Part shown: one piece after another, positions 48,802 through 61,974 of the stretch
Numbering within the stretch: position 1 is the first letter of the stretch
Layout of the letters: each line of letters starts with the position of its first letter
Source: Macrostomum hystrix
Taxonomy: Eukaryota > Animalia > Platyhelminthes
Reading direction: 5' to 3'
Length of the DNA stretch: 64,000 nucleotides
NCBI GenBank assembly: GCA_950097015.1
Contig: CATNEN010000003.1
Span: 4,774,001-4,838,000, forward strand
Notes under the pieces: model-generated
What the model was told of the DNA's origin: nothing
Database searches by the model: none
The model's input: the letters and a program-made list of their open reading frames with translations, nothing else
Position numbers and translations under genes: made by a program

Positions 48802-51800
48802 CTAAGGTGAAGGATCTCCCTCCGTTTTGATCGAGATCAATAGTGAATCGGATTTTGAAGCGGCTAAAATATGACCAAAGTATCTCATGTCGAGAAATGC
48901 CCTCTTACACGCTGGAGCTTGCTTCGACGTCTTTGTCTGATCGGCCGAGATTCCCGTGCCAGCTGTTACAGCCGTCTTCCTTTCCGGAACGTCCGGCTTG
49001 CGGAAAAGCCGATTTGGCCGCGCAAAAGCCTGGCTGAGCTGTCTCAAATCTGACATCGACTGCGATTTCTGGGGCTGCAGATCCGTCAATTGGCCGCAGC
49101 TGCCGAACTGCGGCTGCCGCCTGAGCTTCACCTGGCCAGCTCGAGACTGATGGCGCCTGACTGGCGACTCCACTGTGGCCGGTCTTGCCAACTTCTTGCT
49201 CTTATTGAGTAGCGACGACTCAACAGATACAGTCTTAGCGACTGCTGCGGCGGCGGCTTCCGCTGAAACGATGGCCAACCTTAAGGCTGTCAGTTGTTGG
49301 CGAAAATCTTCGCTGAAAAGAATGATGACGGATTAAAGGGGTGAGTGGCGTAGCGGTCTAACGTGTTAGCCTCTCGCACCAACGCCCTGACCTCGATTCC
49401 GCGGCGAGGCCACATTCATTTGGGACGCAGCCGCCGAGAGAAGGCTTTGGGGTTTGTCGTGCAATTTACGCTTTTCAAAGCCAACCTCCAAGGCACAGTG
49501 AAGTGTACACTGCCTGACGATGAGAAAGTCAGGGCAGATGTACACACCCTGTGTGAGCGTGTGCCTGCGTACGGTTTCTGCAGTGTGCGTGTGTGCTCAG
49601 GAGTCAGTCAACTGGGCAGAATTGCCTCCTCGTTTACTGCGGGTCTACAGTCACCAAAAGATGTGCCATTGCCCGCAGCCCTCCATTAAGTAATATAATT
49701 ATTAGTTATTATTATACGGATTAGTTAAGATAACGTGTACAATGCATCCCTACACACTCCATCAAGTGCGTAAATTTCCTGGCAATCGAGATCAACGACT
49801 GTGAGAGTCAAAGGTACTCACTTAAAGAACACATTCCTAGTTCCAAAGGCGCATTTGCAGTCGCGATACGGCAAATTGTGCAGCTCCACAGCGTGTAGGA
49901 ACGCGTTCAGCAGAGCTCGACATCGTTCGTGCGGCATCGATTCAGGTTTCAACGACGTCGCTCGCAGTAGAAAACCAACGCGGCGCTCAAATTGGTAGAA
50001 TGTGAGCCGGTGTGACAGGCGACAACTGAGCCTGTCCAAGGTGTCAACCAGGCGCATTGTGCGGCACTGCTGAGCGACACAGTTCCGGTCAAACAAACAG
50101 GGCTCGCCAGCTGCGTTGGGTTTCAGGCACAGCACGAAGGTCTTCTCGCAAGGAGCTACGCTGGCTTCGCAGGAGCGCAGAAAGGACACGGTCTGGTCCA
50201 GCAGGGTGGCGTCCTTTGATGTAGTACGACAGTCACTGCTGTGACTGTGCGACTTCGAGGCTCTGAATAAATAGCAGGCGAATGCGAAGCTGCACGTTTT
50301 CGGTTGAAAAAGAGCGTTAAAAGGCAGCGCCGACTGTTGGACCGGGTTGTTCGCGCTAATGAAATCGGACGAGTCGTACAACACCCGGTTTGATGTGTGA
50401 CGAATGCCAAAGCATCTACGGTCTGGTGGATTCGGCTGGAAAATGCTAGAGCAACGGTTACAAGATTTTGTGGGATTTCCAGTTTATTTATTTTTGTGAA
50501 AGAATCCCATCATATTACATCAATTACAATAGCTGGTAAAATGCTATCTAGTGACTAGCTCAATTTTGCAGTCACTTTCTAATAAAGTACGAGTATAAGT
50601 TGAAGTTGAAGCAACATGTTTTGCACCTTATGCAAACCTTGAGTTTCCTGCCTTATGCAAATGTGAAAAACGTTCGAAGTTCCTATCTCGCTAGTGCATT
50701 TTTTCGTGAAAATCAGCCCTTAATAAATTTTCCAAGAAACGAAGTGTTTCGTCCTTCTTCTTCTAGTGTTCCTTGGTACGACTATGTATAATGTGTCTTT
50801 GCGTCGTTTTTTTGGTCTATTGTCTATGGCCACAAATGCGATTTAGTCACTTACTGATCATCAACAGTGTGTAGTTGTCGGAGGGCGTCCATAAAGCTTG
50901 TTGTAGAATCTTCCTTTGCGAAGTTGTTAATTAACGCGGCTATTCCCGTGCGCTGAAATTTAACAAAAAGGTTGAAAAAACTGATTCACCTGGTTACCGA
51001 GTGAAGATTATCACTCTGATTCACCTGGTTACCGAGTGAAGATTGTCACTCTGATTCACCTGGTTACCGAGTGAAGATTATCACTCTGATTCACCTGGTT
51101 ACCGGGTGAAGATTATCACTCTGATTCACCTGGTTACCGAGTGAAGATTGTCACTCTGATTCACCTGGTTACCGGGTGAAGATTATCACTCTGATTCCCC
51201 TGGTTACCGAGTGAAGATTATCACTCTGATTCACCTGGTTACCAAGTAAAGATTATCACTCTGATTCACCTGGTTACCGAGTGAAGATTGTCACTCTGAT
51301 TCACCTGGTTACCGAGTGAAGATTGTCACTCTGATTCACCTGGTTACCGAGTGAAGATTGTCACTCTGATTCCCCTGGTTACCGAGTGAAGATTGTCACT
51401 CTGATTCACCTGGTTACCGAGTGAAGATTATCACTCTGATTCACCTGGTTACCAAGTGAAGATTATCACTCTGATTCACCTGGTTACCGAGTGAAGATTA
51501 TCACTCTGATTCACCTGGTTACCAAGTGAAGATTATCACTCTGATTCACCTGGTTACCGAGTGAAGATTGTCACTCTGATTCCCCTGGTTACCGAGTGAA
51601 GATTGTCACTCTGATTCACCTGGTCCAAGTGAAGATTATCACTCTGATTCACTTGGTTACCAAGTGAATATTATCACTTTGATTCACCTGGTTACCAAGT
51701 GAAGATTGTCACCCTGATTAACCTGGTTGAACGGGCTTAACTGCTTCACTGTACCATCAAAATTATTATAAGTTTGTCGAACAGTAGGAAAATAGGACGA

Positions 51801-52351
51801 ACAGTAGGATGTATATCCGAGTGAAGCTTTAAAAATATCGCATAGGAGTTTTCTATGCAATCCGATGTCAACCCTTACTATTGACTTTGGCTTCTAATAT
51901 CTGCGGTGCCTCAGTAAATATTGAGATAATGGCTTGAATCTGAAATCCACAGATGAATGGGAGTTTTAGGGTGGAAATTTCAGAATCTACAAATATTAGA
52001 AAGCATTTGAAAAAATCTGAAAACATGAGCTGCACTTTAAAGGAATTCGCGAAGTATAAAAATCTAAAACTGTTGGTTCAATTTAAAGGTCTTTTGGTAT
52101 TGCACTTGTTAAGGGTCAAACATTTCTTACGGGATGCATCAGCAGCAGCAGCAGAGAGCCATTGTCGTCAGGCGCTTTTCCCGAACCCAAATCGTCACCG
52201 TCACATCCACGAAAGTCGCCTAAATGACAGACCGCTATGCCCTCTTGAGCTGCAGCTTCGGCAACCTCCTTCAGGGCGTATCGCTCGTACCAGTTCTGCA
52301 TCCTCTCAGCTGCCATGTTCGCCGCCAACTGGTCTAGGCGGCTTCTTAACA

Positions 52352-52383
<32 letters not shown>

Positions 52384-55300
52384 GGTTGAATCGAGCCAGC
52401 CTCGAAGCCGCCCAGATCGAGCAGCTGAATTGAACCGCCTACGCAGCCGATTGATGACGTGGACGATGCTGACGAGTCTGTTGTAGAATGCAGTTATATA
52501 ATGTGGCTCTAATGTGCGCATAGATAGACGAGTCAAGTGCTGCTCACATTCTCACAGGTTAAGCGCATCTAACCTGAACAGTAAGTACATTGTCAGTCGA
52601 TACACAGCTGGAGGGGTAGTAGCCTACTGATTCGGGCGTCGGGCTCTCGACTTAAATGTCAGGGTTCGATTCCCGACTCCACTGGAACAATTTGTGTCCT
52701 TTAGCAAGACACATAAACTCTGCATTGCTTCAGCTCACCCAGCTGTTAAATGGGTTCTAGCATCAGCTGGGGGAGGCTGTGAGGGAGGCTGTGAGGGAGG
52801 CTGTGAGGGAGGCTGTGAGGGAGGCTGTGAGGGAGGCTGTGAGGGAGGCTGTGAGGGAGGCTGTGGCGTCCCCCAGTCCATGGACTGAACAGCTGTACGC
52901 TGCCTTCAGATGCGCCGCGCAATAACTGCGGCTGATATGGAGTAACAGCGAACCTGTCGCAGCATGGTGCGGATGTCCTACTCCGTTGCCCATCTCGGAG
53001 CTGCTATCTGTACTGCTGGCTACGGATGACAGACTTGACTCCGGGCGCTTCAGCGTGTTGAACCGACGAACAAGGATTCGCAAAGTTTGGGTGTAGAGCG
53101 CGCGAACTAGACTGTCGCGAACTTTCGAAGCCTTGAAGGGGCCGGTATGTGGATTCAACAGCTTATGTTATAGTTAGCTGGCGTTCCATTAATCCATTAA
53201 TGTACAAACACACTTTAGAATGCACAAGCACGCTTTGAGACGTAGAAGCAAACTTTGAGAGCATAACACAACACAGTATAGAACACACGCTTCATACGCG
53301 CTCATGAAAACTACTGGGGCGTTAAACACGTACGCAAACACGTTTCCTCCGCCTATGAGACGAGTTGGACCTCGATCATCACAAAAGAATAAGATTTTCC
53401 ACTAAGCAATTTCGCTTTCTCGCGAAAATTGCGCAACATAATTAATTTACCTTGTCCAGTCAGATAATATACATTAATCATTAAGCAAATTTGCACTCAC
53501 AATGGCTGCATCGGTTGTCACAGAGCCACAAGCTGCTCCTGTGTGTACTCTGCGTTGTGTCAGCGCTGAGAACAGGGCCGGACCACTAACGCCTAGCAAT
53601 GATGCTGCAGCTTTGAGCTCTGTGGAATTATGTAATCACAGGTGCTAAGCAATTACGAAGGCGCATCGACTGTTTAGTTTCATTTTCAGGCACGACAACT
53701 GACCTCGATGTCCCAGAAGCTCCAGCTGTTGAGGCCCTGCGTCGTCGGCGTCGACAAAAGCCACGTTGCCTAGCAACAGGATGGCGGCCAGTACCCGAGC
53801 AATGTCCGACAGCGGAACGCCCAGTTCGGCTAGGGCTAGCTGTCAATTGTAAAATTGAGTGTCTGGTTTGTCAAGAGTTCAAACCTTAGATAAAAATCGA
53901 TTGGCATTTATAGTATCCACCTTCCAGGCGTTGTAGCGCATCTGGTTCCATTGTGTTTCCTGTTCGTCCGGTTGGTAGCCAGTCAGATAGCGCAGTGTCT
54001 GAGCAGTGTGACCATTCAGGTGTAATTTCTCTGGAGAAAATATAGTTCGTGATGTGTATTTGTGATCAATTATTTCTGACTAACAGTAGAACTACCAAGG
54101 GGAGATTTTCCCCCTGAAAATTTTTGTGCTGCACCCGAACGGAGCAAAGCAAGCACAGGAAACTCAAGAACACGGGCCAGCTCTTTGTTGCGCATCTTCT
54201 GAAACAAGACCGTCGAGATATTCAACGGTTGTGGCCGACGGTCTGATTTTTCCCATACGCGCTAGTGTACTCACACACCCCTATACTCAAATTAGCACTG
54301 CGTCGTTGCCAGGCATTGAAAATTTATCAGCATGACACCCGAATGTGCCTGCATCATCTCCGTCTTCGGTGGTCACCTACCTTTATCTAGACGGACTGCT
54401 GGACCTTCAATGGCTACAACAGGTGGAACTAGGCCACTATGGACACCCTGACCGAATTTCTCCGATTTCACTGATCAGGTCTAAATATTAGGCGCAGCTC
54501 AACCACAGTACACCATCGCCTAGTCTGTCAACCAATCAGTCACCACCCAACGCTGTTAGCATTCGGGCGCTGCCAAATATTTTCAGGAGGGGAGAATATA
54601 TTGGTATAAAAACAGGCAGAAAAATGGTTTGATAGTCCTACTGTTAAAAAAATTAATTTCAAACCTTTCTCGTCAGGACTAAGTCCGTCCATAAACTGGT
54701 AGAAGATATGAAAATTTCTTTCTCCCATTGGAGGGCTGTGTAATCGAGTCTGAAAAATTCAAATAATACTGAATGGTAACACTTGTTTTATTGTACGTTT
54801 CTTGTAAAAAAGCGCACCTGATCAAAAAGCAGATAGTCGAACTTAGTGTGATACAATGCACAGTCGGCAAATTGAGCTTCGATGCGAAACGCCTGCAAAA
54901 TTTCAGGCATCTTAAATTTTAGTTTGCAGAGCGAGCATTGTGAAATGGCGAAGTCTATTATAATAATATAATGCTACGTTCCATCGGACAGCTATATGTT
55001 ATTAAACAATATGGTAAGGAATAGGGTGAGGCTTGGGGGTGAGCGGCAGAGCGGTCTAACACGTTTGCTTCTCGCACCAAGGTCCCTGAGCTCGATTCCG
55101 CGGCGAGGCCACATTCATTTGGGACGCAGCCGCGGAGAGAAGGCTTGGGGGCTTGTCGTGCAATTTACGCCTTTCAGAGCCAACCTCCAAGGCACAGTGG
55201 GAGTGTACACTGCCTGACGATGAGAAAGTCAGGGCAGATGTACACACCCTGTGTGAGCGTGTGCCTGCGTATGATATCTGAGTGCGTGTGTGACTCAGGA

Positions 55301-58300
55301 GTCGGAGAAATGGGCAGAATTGCCTCCACGGTGACTGCGGGTCTTGTGTCACCAAAATGATTTGCTATTATTAACGCGGCCCTCCTGAAATTATTATGAT
55401 TATTATTGGGTGAGGTGAGGAATAGAATGATATTATTTAACTTGTTTAACTTATTTTAAAAAAGATTTAGCTTTGACTTAATGTCTGTCTGGGTGTGTTA
55501 AGACCACTTTTCCTACTTAGACAATAGAGGATTCAAATAGAAATACTTGGGAAATTCTGAAGTGCAAATATTTTTTATGAGAACAAGCTAACAAAAGTAC
55601 AAATTTAATAATCAGTCCTTTATCACCTGACAATGTAATGTCAAACCCAACCCCTGTCACATTTGAGAGTAAATATAGTTCCCACACAAAGGCTTGATAG
55701 TGACAATCAGAGCTCACCATTCGGCTTGAGTCTGGGTTATTGCAGGTAGCAGCGGTGCTCAGTGGCTGCAGAATGGTCAGCGCGGCACTCGAGTGCTTGA
55801 ATGCGTCTGTTTGCAGTGAGGCCGCTGAAGAGAACAGGCAGCGGAGCACTTGATGAAGTACAAAGGTCTTTCCTGAGCCGCTGATGCCGCTGATCATGTT
55901 GGATGAGTGACAGGCTTTTTGTTAGGAAAGTTAATGTAGGCATCGTTATAATTCTGCCCGTTCCGCTGACTACTGAGCACACACGCTCATAGACACACAC
56001 CGTACGCAGGCGTATACTTACACAGGCGGTGTACATCTGTCATGACTTTTTCATGGTCAGGCAGTGTACACTCTCATTGCGCCTTTGAGGCTGGCCCTCA
56101 AGGATGTAAATTGCACGACAAGCCCCCAAGCCTTCTCTCCCGCGGCTGCGCCCCTTATTGTGGTGGCCTCGCCGCGGAATCGAGCTCAGGGACTACCCTG
56201 GTGCTCGAGGCAAATGCGTTAACTTTTCTAATACTCAAACTCAAGGAGGTTTTAGTTGTAGCCAAGTGGTTAGAGTGTCGGACTCAAAACTTGAAGGTCG
56301 GGGGTTCGATTCCCGACTCCACAGGAACAATTTGCATCCTTTAGCAAGACACATAAACTTTGCATTGCTTCAGTTCACCCAGCTGTTAAATGGGTACCAG
56401 CATCAGCTGAGGTATTTGGGGTGGGTGTGGCGTCCCCCCAGTCCATGGACTGAACAGCCGTACGCAGCCTTCAGATGCGCCGCGCAATAGCTGCGGCTGT
56501 GCTGTCGGCTGCACATCTGGCCCAATTGGGTGGCAGGTGTAATCAATTATTAAACTATAACTCGTACTTTCAAAATTATATAAAAAGTAACTTCATTCGA
56601 TATTAGCAGCAGTCATGAAATGAATCGAGTGACATGCATTCAATAGAGGAGTCTGTGAAAAGAAATCTCTAAGAATTGTAGTTCAAAGTTTAACTGACAG
56701 ATCACATAAATCATTTGAAGAGTCTGATTGAATAGGAAATGTTTCATGACAGGTGTTGTGTGAATTTTAGTCTAGAAGCGAAAGCAACTAACTTAATTTC
56801 TGGCAATTTGAGTGTTGTAGTTTGAGTTTTTAATTGGACATTTGTGGGAGGAACTCAATGAATGGGCGGAGAGAAGCTGTGACAGCCAACACACACCCAA
56901 ATTGCTGTGACAGCCAACACACACCCAAATTGCTGTGACAGCCAACACATACTCAAATTGCTGTGACAGCCAACACACACCCAAATTGCTGTGACAGCCA
57001 ACACACACCCAAATTGCTGTGACAGCCAACACACACCCAAATTGCTGTGACAGCCAACACACACCCAAATTGCTGTGACAGCTTCCGCGGCGAGGCCACA
57101 TTCATTTTGGGCGCAGCCGCTTGGAGACGGCTTGTGAATTTGTCGTGCAATTTACGCCCGTTAGAGCCAACCTCCAAGGCACAGTTGAGAGTGTACTGAG
57201 AAAAGGCAACGCAAATGTACACATCTGTGTGAGTGTTTGTCTGTGCTTGTGCGCACAGCCAAGAACATGACTTATTTTCCGAAGGCTAAGACTAGAACTC
57301 CCGACTTCTCAGGCTGACTGACTGACAGACAGAGTGTTAGAGTACGCGTCGTATTGTGCTCAAGTCATTTTCCCACATAATAGGCAGTTGAGTCTAAAGT
57401 CGCCTAAAGTAGCTCGATAGAGTAAGAGAAGGAGAAAGTTAGTAGTGAGACGGGAGAGAATAAAAACTAAGGAGCTAGTATTAGTACACTTCGATGGCGT
57501 CAAATCCAACCCACTGCAAGTTCAATTCTTGCCAAAATCCTACACTGGAATGCAAGGACAGAATGTAAATGTAAAGACATTTTTGTATTTGCAGTCTGTT
57601 TGTTAAACTGTTCAGCTTTTTGCTTTTAACATTCTCTCTCGTACTGAGGTCGTGGCCTGTAAGCGAATAATTGCTCACTATGGGTGTGTTCTATAGATTA
57701 TACGAGTACGAGACCGAATGCTTGCCTGCCTTACAAGCATGTGATGGTTTCTGCTTGACTGCTCAAATGATAAGCAACAGGCAGGCAGAGTCGCTAAAAC
57801 TCATCGATGCGAGGAAGGATAATTTCTGTGCTACTTTTTTGTTGCAGACACAACTAAATTCTTGTTATTAAGTGTGATCACAGTTAGATATCTTCAAATC
57901 TAGAAGAAGAAAGTAATGTAAAAATTTTTACCTAACTGAAGTAAAAACCTAAAAGACTTAGTTGCTTTTCTATACAGACCCATGTGTTACATTACAGAAC
58001 TCAATTTTAACTTAACTTGTACCTAATTAAGGATTCGCGACATGAAGTTAATTTATTGGGAGAAAAGGGCTAACTTTTGCACACAAACTCACTGCCAAGG
58101 TTATAAAAATTTGATTATTTGGTTATGCTTGCACACCTATTTTTTCTTCCGACTACCAATCTGTTTGAAAAATCGGTTTGAATGGTGTTGGCACGTGTTG
58201 CTAGCGGGTAATCAGCAATAGACGCGCACACTAATGACGAAATTTCTAACAGCATTAACACCAATCAGACATTCTTAAAGTCGATATCTAATGCGACAGT

Positions 58301-61225
58301 CTGGAAAATCCACGTGCCTTTCTAAAAATAGCTCTAGCCTAACCCTACATCAGCCAATCAAATATTTTCAAGGTCGATTTCTCACGCGGCAGTCTGGGAA
58401 ATCCTCGTGCGTTTCTAGAAATAGCTTTATCGTATTTTCAAGATCGATCTTTCATCAAACTTTGGCGTGAACATACTGTTAAACGCGGCAAATACACAGA
58501 TACTCACTGCAAAAGTAGACACTGGTTGATTCCAGAGTCCTTCAACTGAAGCAGCAGGGTGTCCGCTAAAGTCTGCAGCTCCGGTTCGTGACTGCCGGTG
58601 TCAACTAGGGCTCGAATTCCGTGAGAGCTACTGTTGGTGTTTACGCTGAGCAGGGTTGGACCGAGTCGTGTCTGGAAGCAAAAATGTGTTTTCTGTGCTT
58701 TCTGCATGGAATAAAGACCGTTTCTGTATTAACTGATGAGTAGGCTATAGCAATCAGTAAATGAGTATCTTTTTCAAGGACATTTTCTCTATTTTCTTGA
58801 GATGCTTGGACAATCTTTTCAAAAAAGCCATACTCAACCAGCGCAGACTTGATTTGCAGACTGAGATTTCGCCCAATTTTACCGTCCGTAATGGAAATTA
58901 AACTTTTATGACAATGAAATCAGAAAGAACACGTTAGCTACATTTGAGTATCCGACCCACTAGATTTCTTTTAACTTGGCCAGCATTTGGGTGCCATGAG
59001 TTAAGAGAGAGAGAAAGAGAAAATTTCACTATCAAAGGTGATTCAAGTAGAAACGAGAAACCTGATTTTAAGTCTACAGTGAAAGCCAAATCTCATGTGC
59101 CTTTAGGGGGGAAACTGTAAGTAACTACGGTGTACTTTGATTGGTTCAACTATTCAGAATATAGTTTTTTATTGTGCAGTTAGATTTTAATTCTTTTGCT
59201 TATTGTTCTTTACACCTGCCCTGATTGGGCCAGATGTGCAGCCGACAGCACAGCCGCAGCTATTGCGCGGCGCATCTGAAGGCTGCGTACGGCTGTTCAG
59301 TCCATGGACTGGGGGGACGCCACATTCAACCTCAATTACCCCAGCTAATGCTGGTACCATTTAACAGCTGAGTGGACTGAAGCAATACTAAGCTTAAGTG
59401 TCTCGCTAAAGGACACAATTTGTTTCATCGAAGTCGGGAATCGAACCCCTGACCTTGAAGTCATCTTGAAGCTACTATCCCCCTTTAGTTAAGCGTTTAT
59501 TGAAATTTTCTAAAATGAAGATTGGGGTTACGGATTTAAGGTTCTGAATTAAAGATCAGTGATTTGTGATTTTTGAGTTGAATTGTGAGATTAGATTCTA
59601 GAATCTAGAACGTATTCAATGGTTTGCGGTTGGAGGATTAAAGATCAGTGATTTAAATTTTCAAAAAAGGTTTAACCACGCCTCGCATAGTAATATGCTA
59701 GCCATTATACCATTTTTGCCCGAGTCAGTCCAGCAGAAAAAAACAGCACCAACAGCAGGAAAAAGAAGAATGCTGCCGTGTTCGCCTTTCGTTAAATTTG
59801 GCCATGCAACTGACCCCTGTACTCGGCGGCAACTTAACCTAATTAAGTAAGCAATTTCTATGCATTAATAATCATTCGTTGAGGCGGAATTGAAACTGTA
59901 AAGAAACCAAGAGACGGCTTTATTTCCTTTTTCGACCAAAATTACGATACAATTTCAGGCCCAAATAGGACTCATTATTTCTGTAGCTTATTTCCCAACT
60001 TCTCCAGATTTTGGTTTTAGAACTGATTGGAATGTTTCTTAATAATGATAAATGCAATAATAACATGATAAGAATCAGAATTTTCAGAATTGGGTGCCAT
60101 GAGTTTCTGCGATAGTTTCGGAGATTCTGAAAATTCGGAGATTCTGAAAATTCTGAGATTCTAAAAATCGGAATTTCAGAATCTCAGAATTTCAGAATCC
60201 CCGAATTTTCAGAATCTCAGAATTTTCGGAATCTCAGAATTTTCAGAATCTCAGAATTTTCGGAATCTCAGAATTTTCAGAATTTCAGAATTTTCAGAAT
60301 CTCCTATTTTTCAGACTCAAAGCGACTCGCTAATAAACACTAATTACATCACTGGAGTCGGGAATCGAACCCCCACCTTAAAATGGTATGCAAAAACAAA
60401 GTTTAACTATAGCTTATTATATGACAGGCTGGACGGCTGAATACTAGAGTCCACCTAATGCCACTTCTAAATCTGCTCACCATGATTTACCACAAAGCGA
60501 AATGTCTTACAAGACACGCCATCTAAAAGTTCTAGACACAATTTTTATTAATCATTCATGTGATTTTTGCTACATAAAATTTATTGAATTAGGCAGACAT
60601 TTTTATAATTAACATTTAACATTTAACAATTAATTAACATTAAAATTTTTATAATCAACATTAAGTACAGTCTTTCGAATTTATGACTTATGATTTGTTA
60701 AATTTCGGTATTCTAGATAACAGATTTGATAAGTTTCGGTATTCTAGATAACGGATTTGATAAATGTCGTGCTTCTAGATAACGGATTTGATAAATGTCG
60801 TGCTTCTAGATAACGGATTTGATAAATGTCGTGCTTCTAGATAACGGATTAGATACATTTCGGGATTCTAGATAACGGATATGTTAAATTTCAGGATTCT
60901 AGATAAGGGATATGTTAAATTTCGGGATTCTAGATAAGGGATATGTTAAATTTCGGGATTCTAAATAACGGATATGTTAAATTTCGGGATTCTAGATAAC
61001 GGATATATTAAATTTCGGGATTCTAGATAAGGGAATTGTTAAATTTCGGGATTCTAAATTACGTATTTGTGGCCATCAACTCACCAGCCTACGGCCGCAC
61101 GAGTATCTCTGTTGCAGAGTCTTCACAATGACGTCATCAGTAAATGGACCACACAGGCCTGTCAAGTCTTCAATAGAGTCATAGGCGACGGTCAATGAAT
61201 TTTTAGTCATCATAGTAGCCGCCAT
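48802..61225 (-). CDS. dachs: Dachs-like unconventional myosin; exons 61225-61085, 58671-58508, 55889-55718, 54892-54818, 54749-54665, 54030-53921, 53839-53704, 53619-53501, 53131-52954, 52477-52131, 50952-50855, 50445-49822, then terminal exon 49312-48802
   Basis: All junctions are GT/AG with compatible phases. Motifs EDLTGLCGPFTDD, P-loop HGISGSGKT, TDAFKH, NPDSSR, ALYHTK, ERNFHIFYQ, VLAAILLLGNV, RDSLVRALY, DLGGFE and FVLCLKPN. TDAFKH and the LVRRFNTLKR segment resemble Drosophila Dachs. The 5' and 3' ends are less certain. Confidence 0.8.
49338..49715 (+). mobile_element. tRNA-derived SINE, family A
   Basis: A box TGGCGTAGCGG, B-box-like CTCGATTCC, conserved body with the hairpin GTGTACACTGCCTGAC..GTCAGGGCAGATGTACAC, and an (ATT)-rich tail. 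Confidence 0.85.
50981..51728. repeat. 35-bp intronic minisatellite (CTGATTCACCTGGTTACCGAGTGAAGATTRTCACT)n
   Basis: About 21 copies, next to the acceptor of the 50952 exon. Confidence 0.95.
52610..52935 (+). mobile_element. SINE family B copy with an internal (GAGGGAGGCTGT)n expansion
   Basis: GGTTCGATTCCC B box and shared body. 12-bp repeat at ~52770-52866. Confidence 0.85.
55035..55408 (+). mobile_element. SINE family A copy
   Basis: Colinear with 49338-49715. Confidence 0.85.
55935..56232 (-). mobile_element. SINE family A copy (inverted)
   Basis: Reverse complement of the 55035 copy. Confidence 0.8.
56245..56552 (+). mobile_element. SINE family B copy
   Basis: A box TAGCCAAGTGG, B box GGTTCGATTCC, full body and 3' end. 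Confidence 0.85.
56877..57082. repeat. 28-bp tandem repeat (GCTGTGACAGCCAACACACACCCAAATT)n
   Basis: Seven copies, fused to a headless SINE A fragment (57084-57260). Confidence 0.9.
59210..59485 (-). mobile_element. SINE family B copy (inverted)
   Basis: Reverse complement of 56245-56552. Confidence 0.85.
60115..60315. repeat. Short array of CAGAATCTCAGAATTTT units in both orientations
   Basis: GAGATTCTGAAAATT units followed by their reverse complements. Confidence 0.7.
60695..61060. repeat. 31-bp tandem repeat (TTCTAGATAACGGA...)n
   Basis: About 12 degenerate copies just inside the first dachs intron. Confidence 0.9.
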
Positions 61226-61974
61226 GACTTAGAAACGAGAAACCTATGCTATCGTTTTAGTAGTAATGGGTATTATAGCGTCTCTTAAATAAACAAAGGC
61301 AATGATAACTTGTTTGCCAATTCTAACTGGGCTTAACAAACTAACTTAAATGTTTGACTAAGCCTTATTTAGTCCAACTCGCTCCACCGAGAGAAATGAC
61401 GAAAAATGTTTTAAGCAACGATTGTAAGTTCTGGTAGTTTAAGTTGCTTTAGCAATGAGAAATTTCATTGCGTGAGAGTAAATCAAAATAGGCAATGGCT
61501 ACTCGGTAAAATTCTCTTACACTTTGAATCTCGACTAGATATGCTGTTTTTTAGCCAATAAGGAAAAAATGACCAATCAGCAGCGTTCGTCCACAAAAAA
61601 ACGTGTCTTAATCGTTCAGAGTCCAGCACATTTTCTGTGTAAAAATGTTTTCCGTACTACTGACTATGCCTAATAAGTAGTGTAGCTAACATACTCGTAT
61701 TAAATATCTGCTGCTTTCTTGTAAGCGAAAAAAATCTGAAGCGCCTTATATAGCCATTGGATAAGGGTAGATATAATACAAAATACCCAAATCAAATTAT
61801 TCTTCGCGTAGAAATCAAGGCGATGTGAGGGTGTGGAGCTAAGTAATACATATACGCGATTGGGCGGCCTTCACTATATGCCTAGCGTAAAAATGCGAGA
61901 ATCCTATATGTAAAACGAAGCGAATTTACTTTAGACAGTTAGACAAGAGACACACGACACTAAAATCCCTCGTG

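Noticed and set aside
49503-49545. CTGACGA-TGA-GAAA in the SINE A hairpin as a minimal hammerhead
   Set aside because: There is no room for stem II or III, the bases sit within a simple hairpin, and the motif is altered in the inverted copy.
56245-56320. tRNA gene candidates (A/B boxes; also 49338, 52610, 48405, 25840)
   Set aside because: No complete cloverleaf could be built. The main ones continue into shared SINE bodies.
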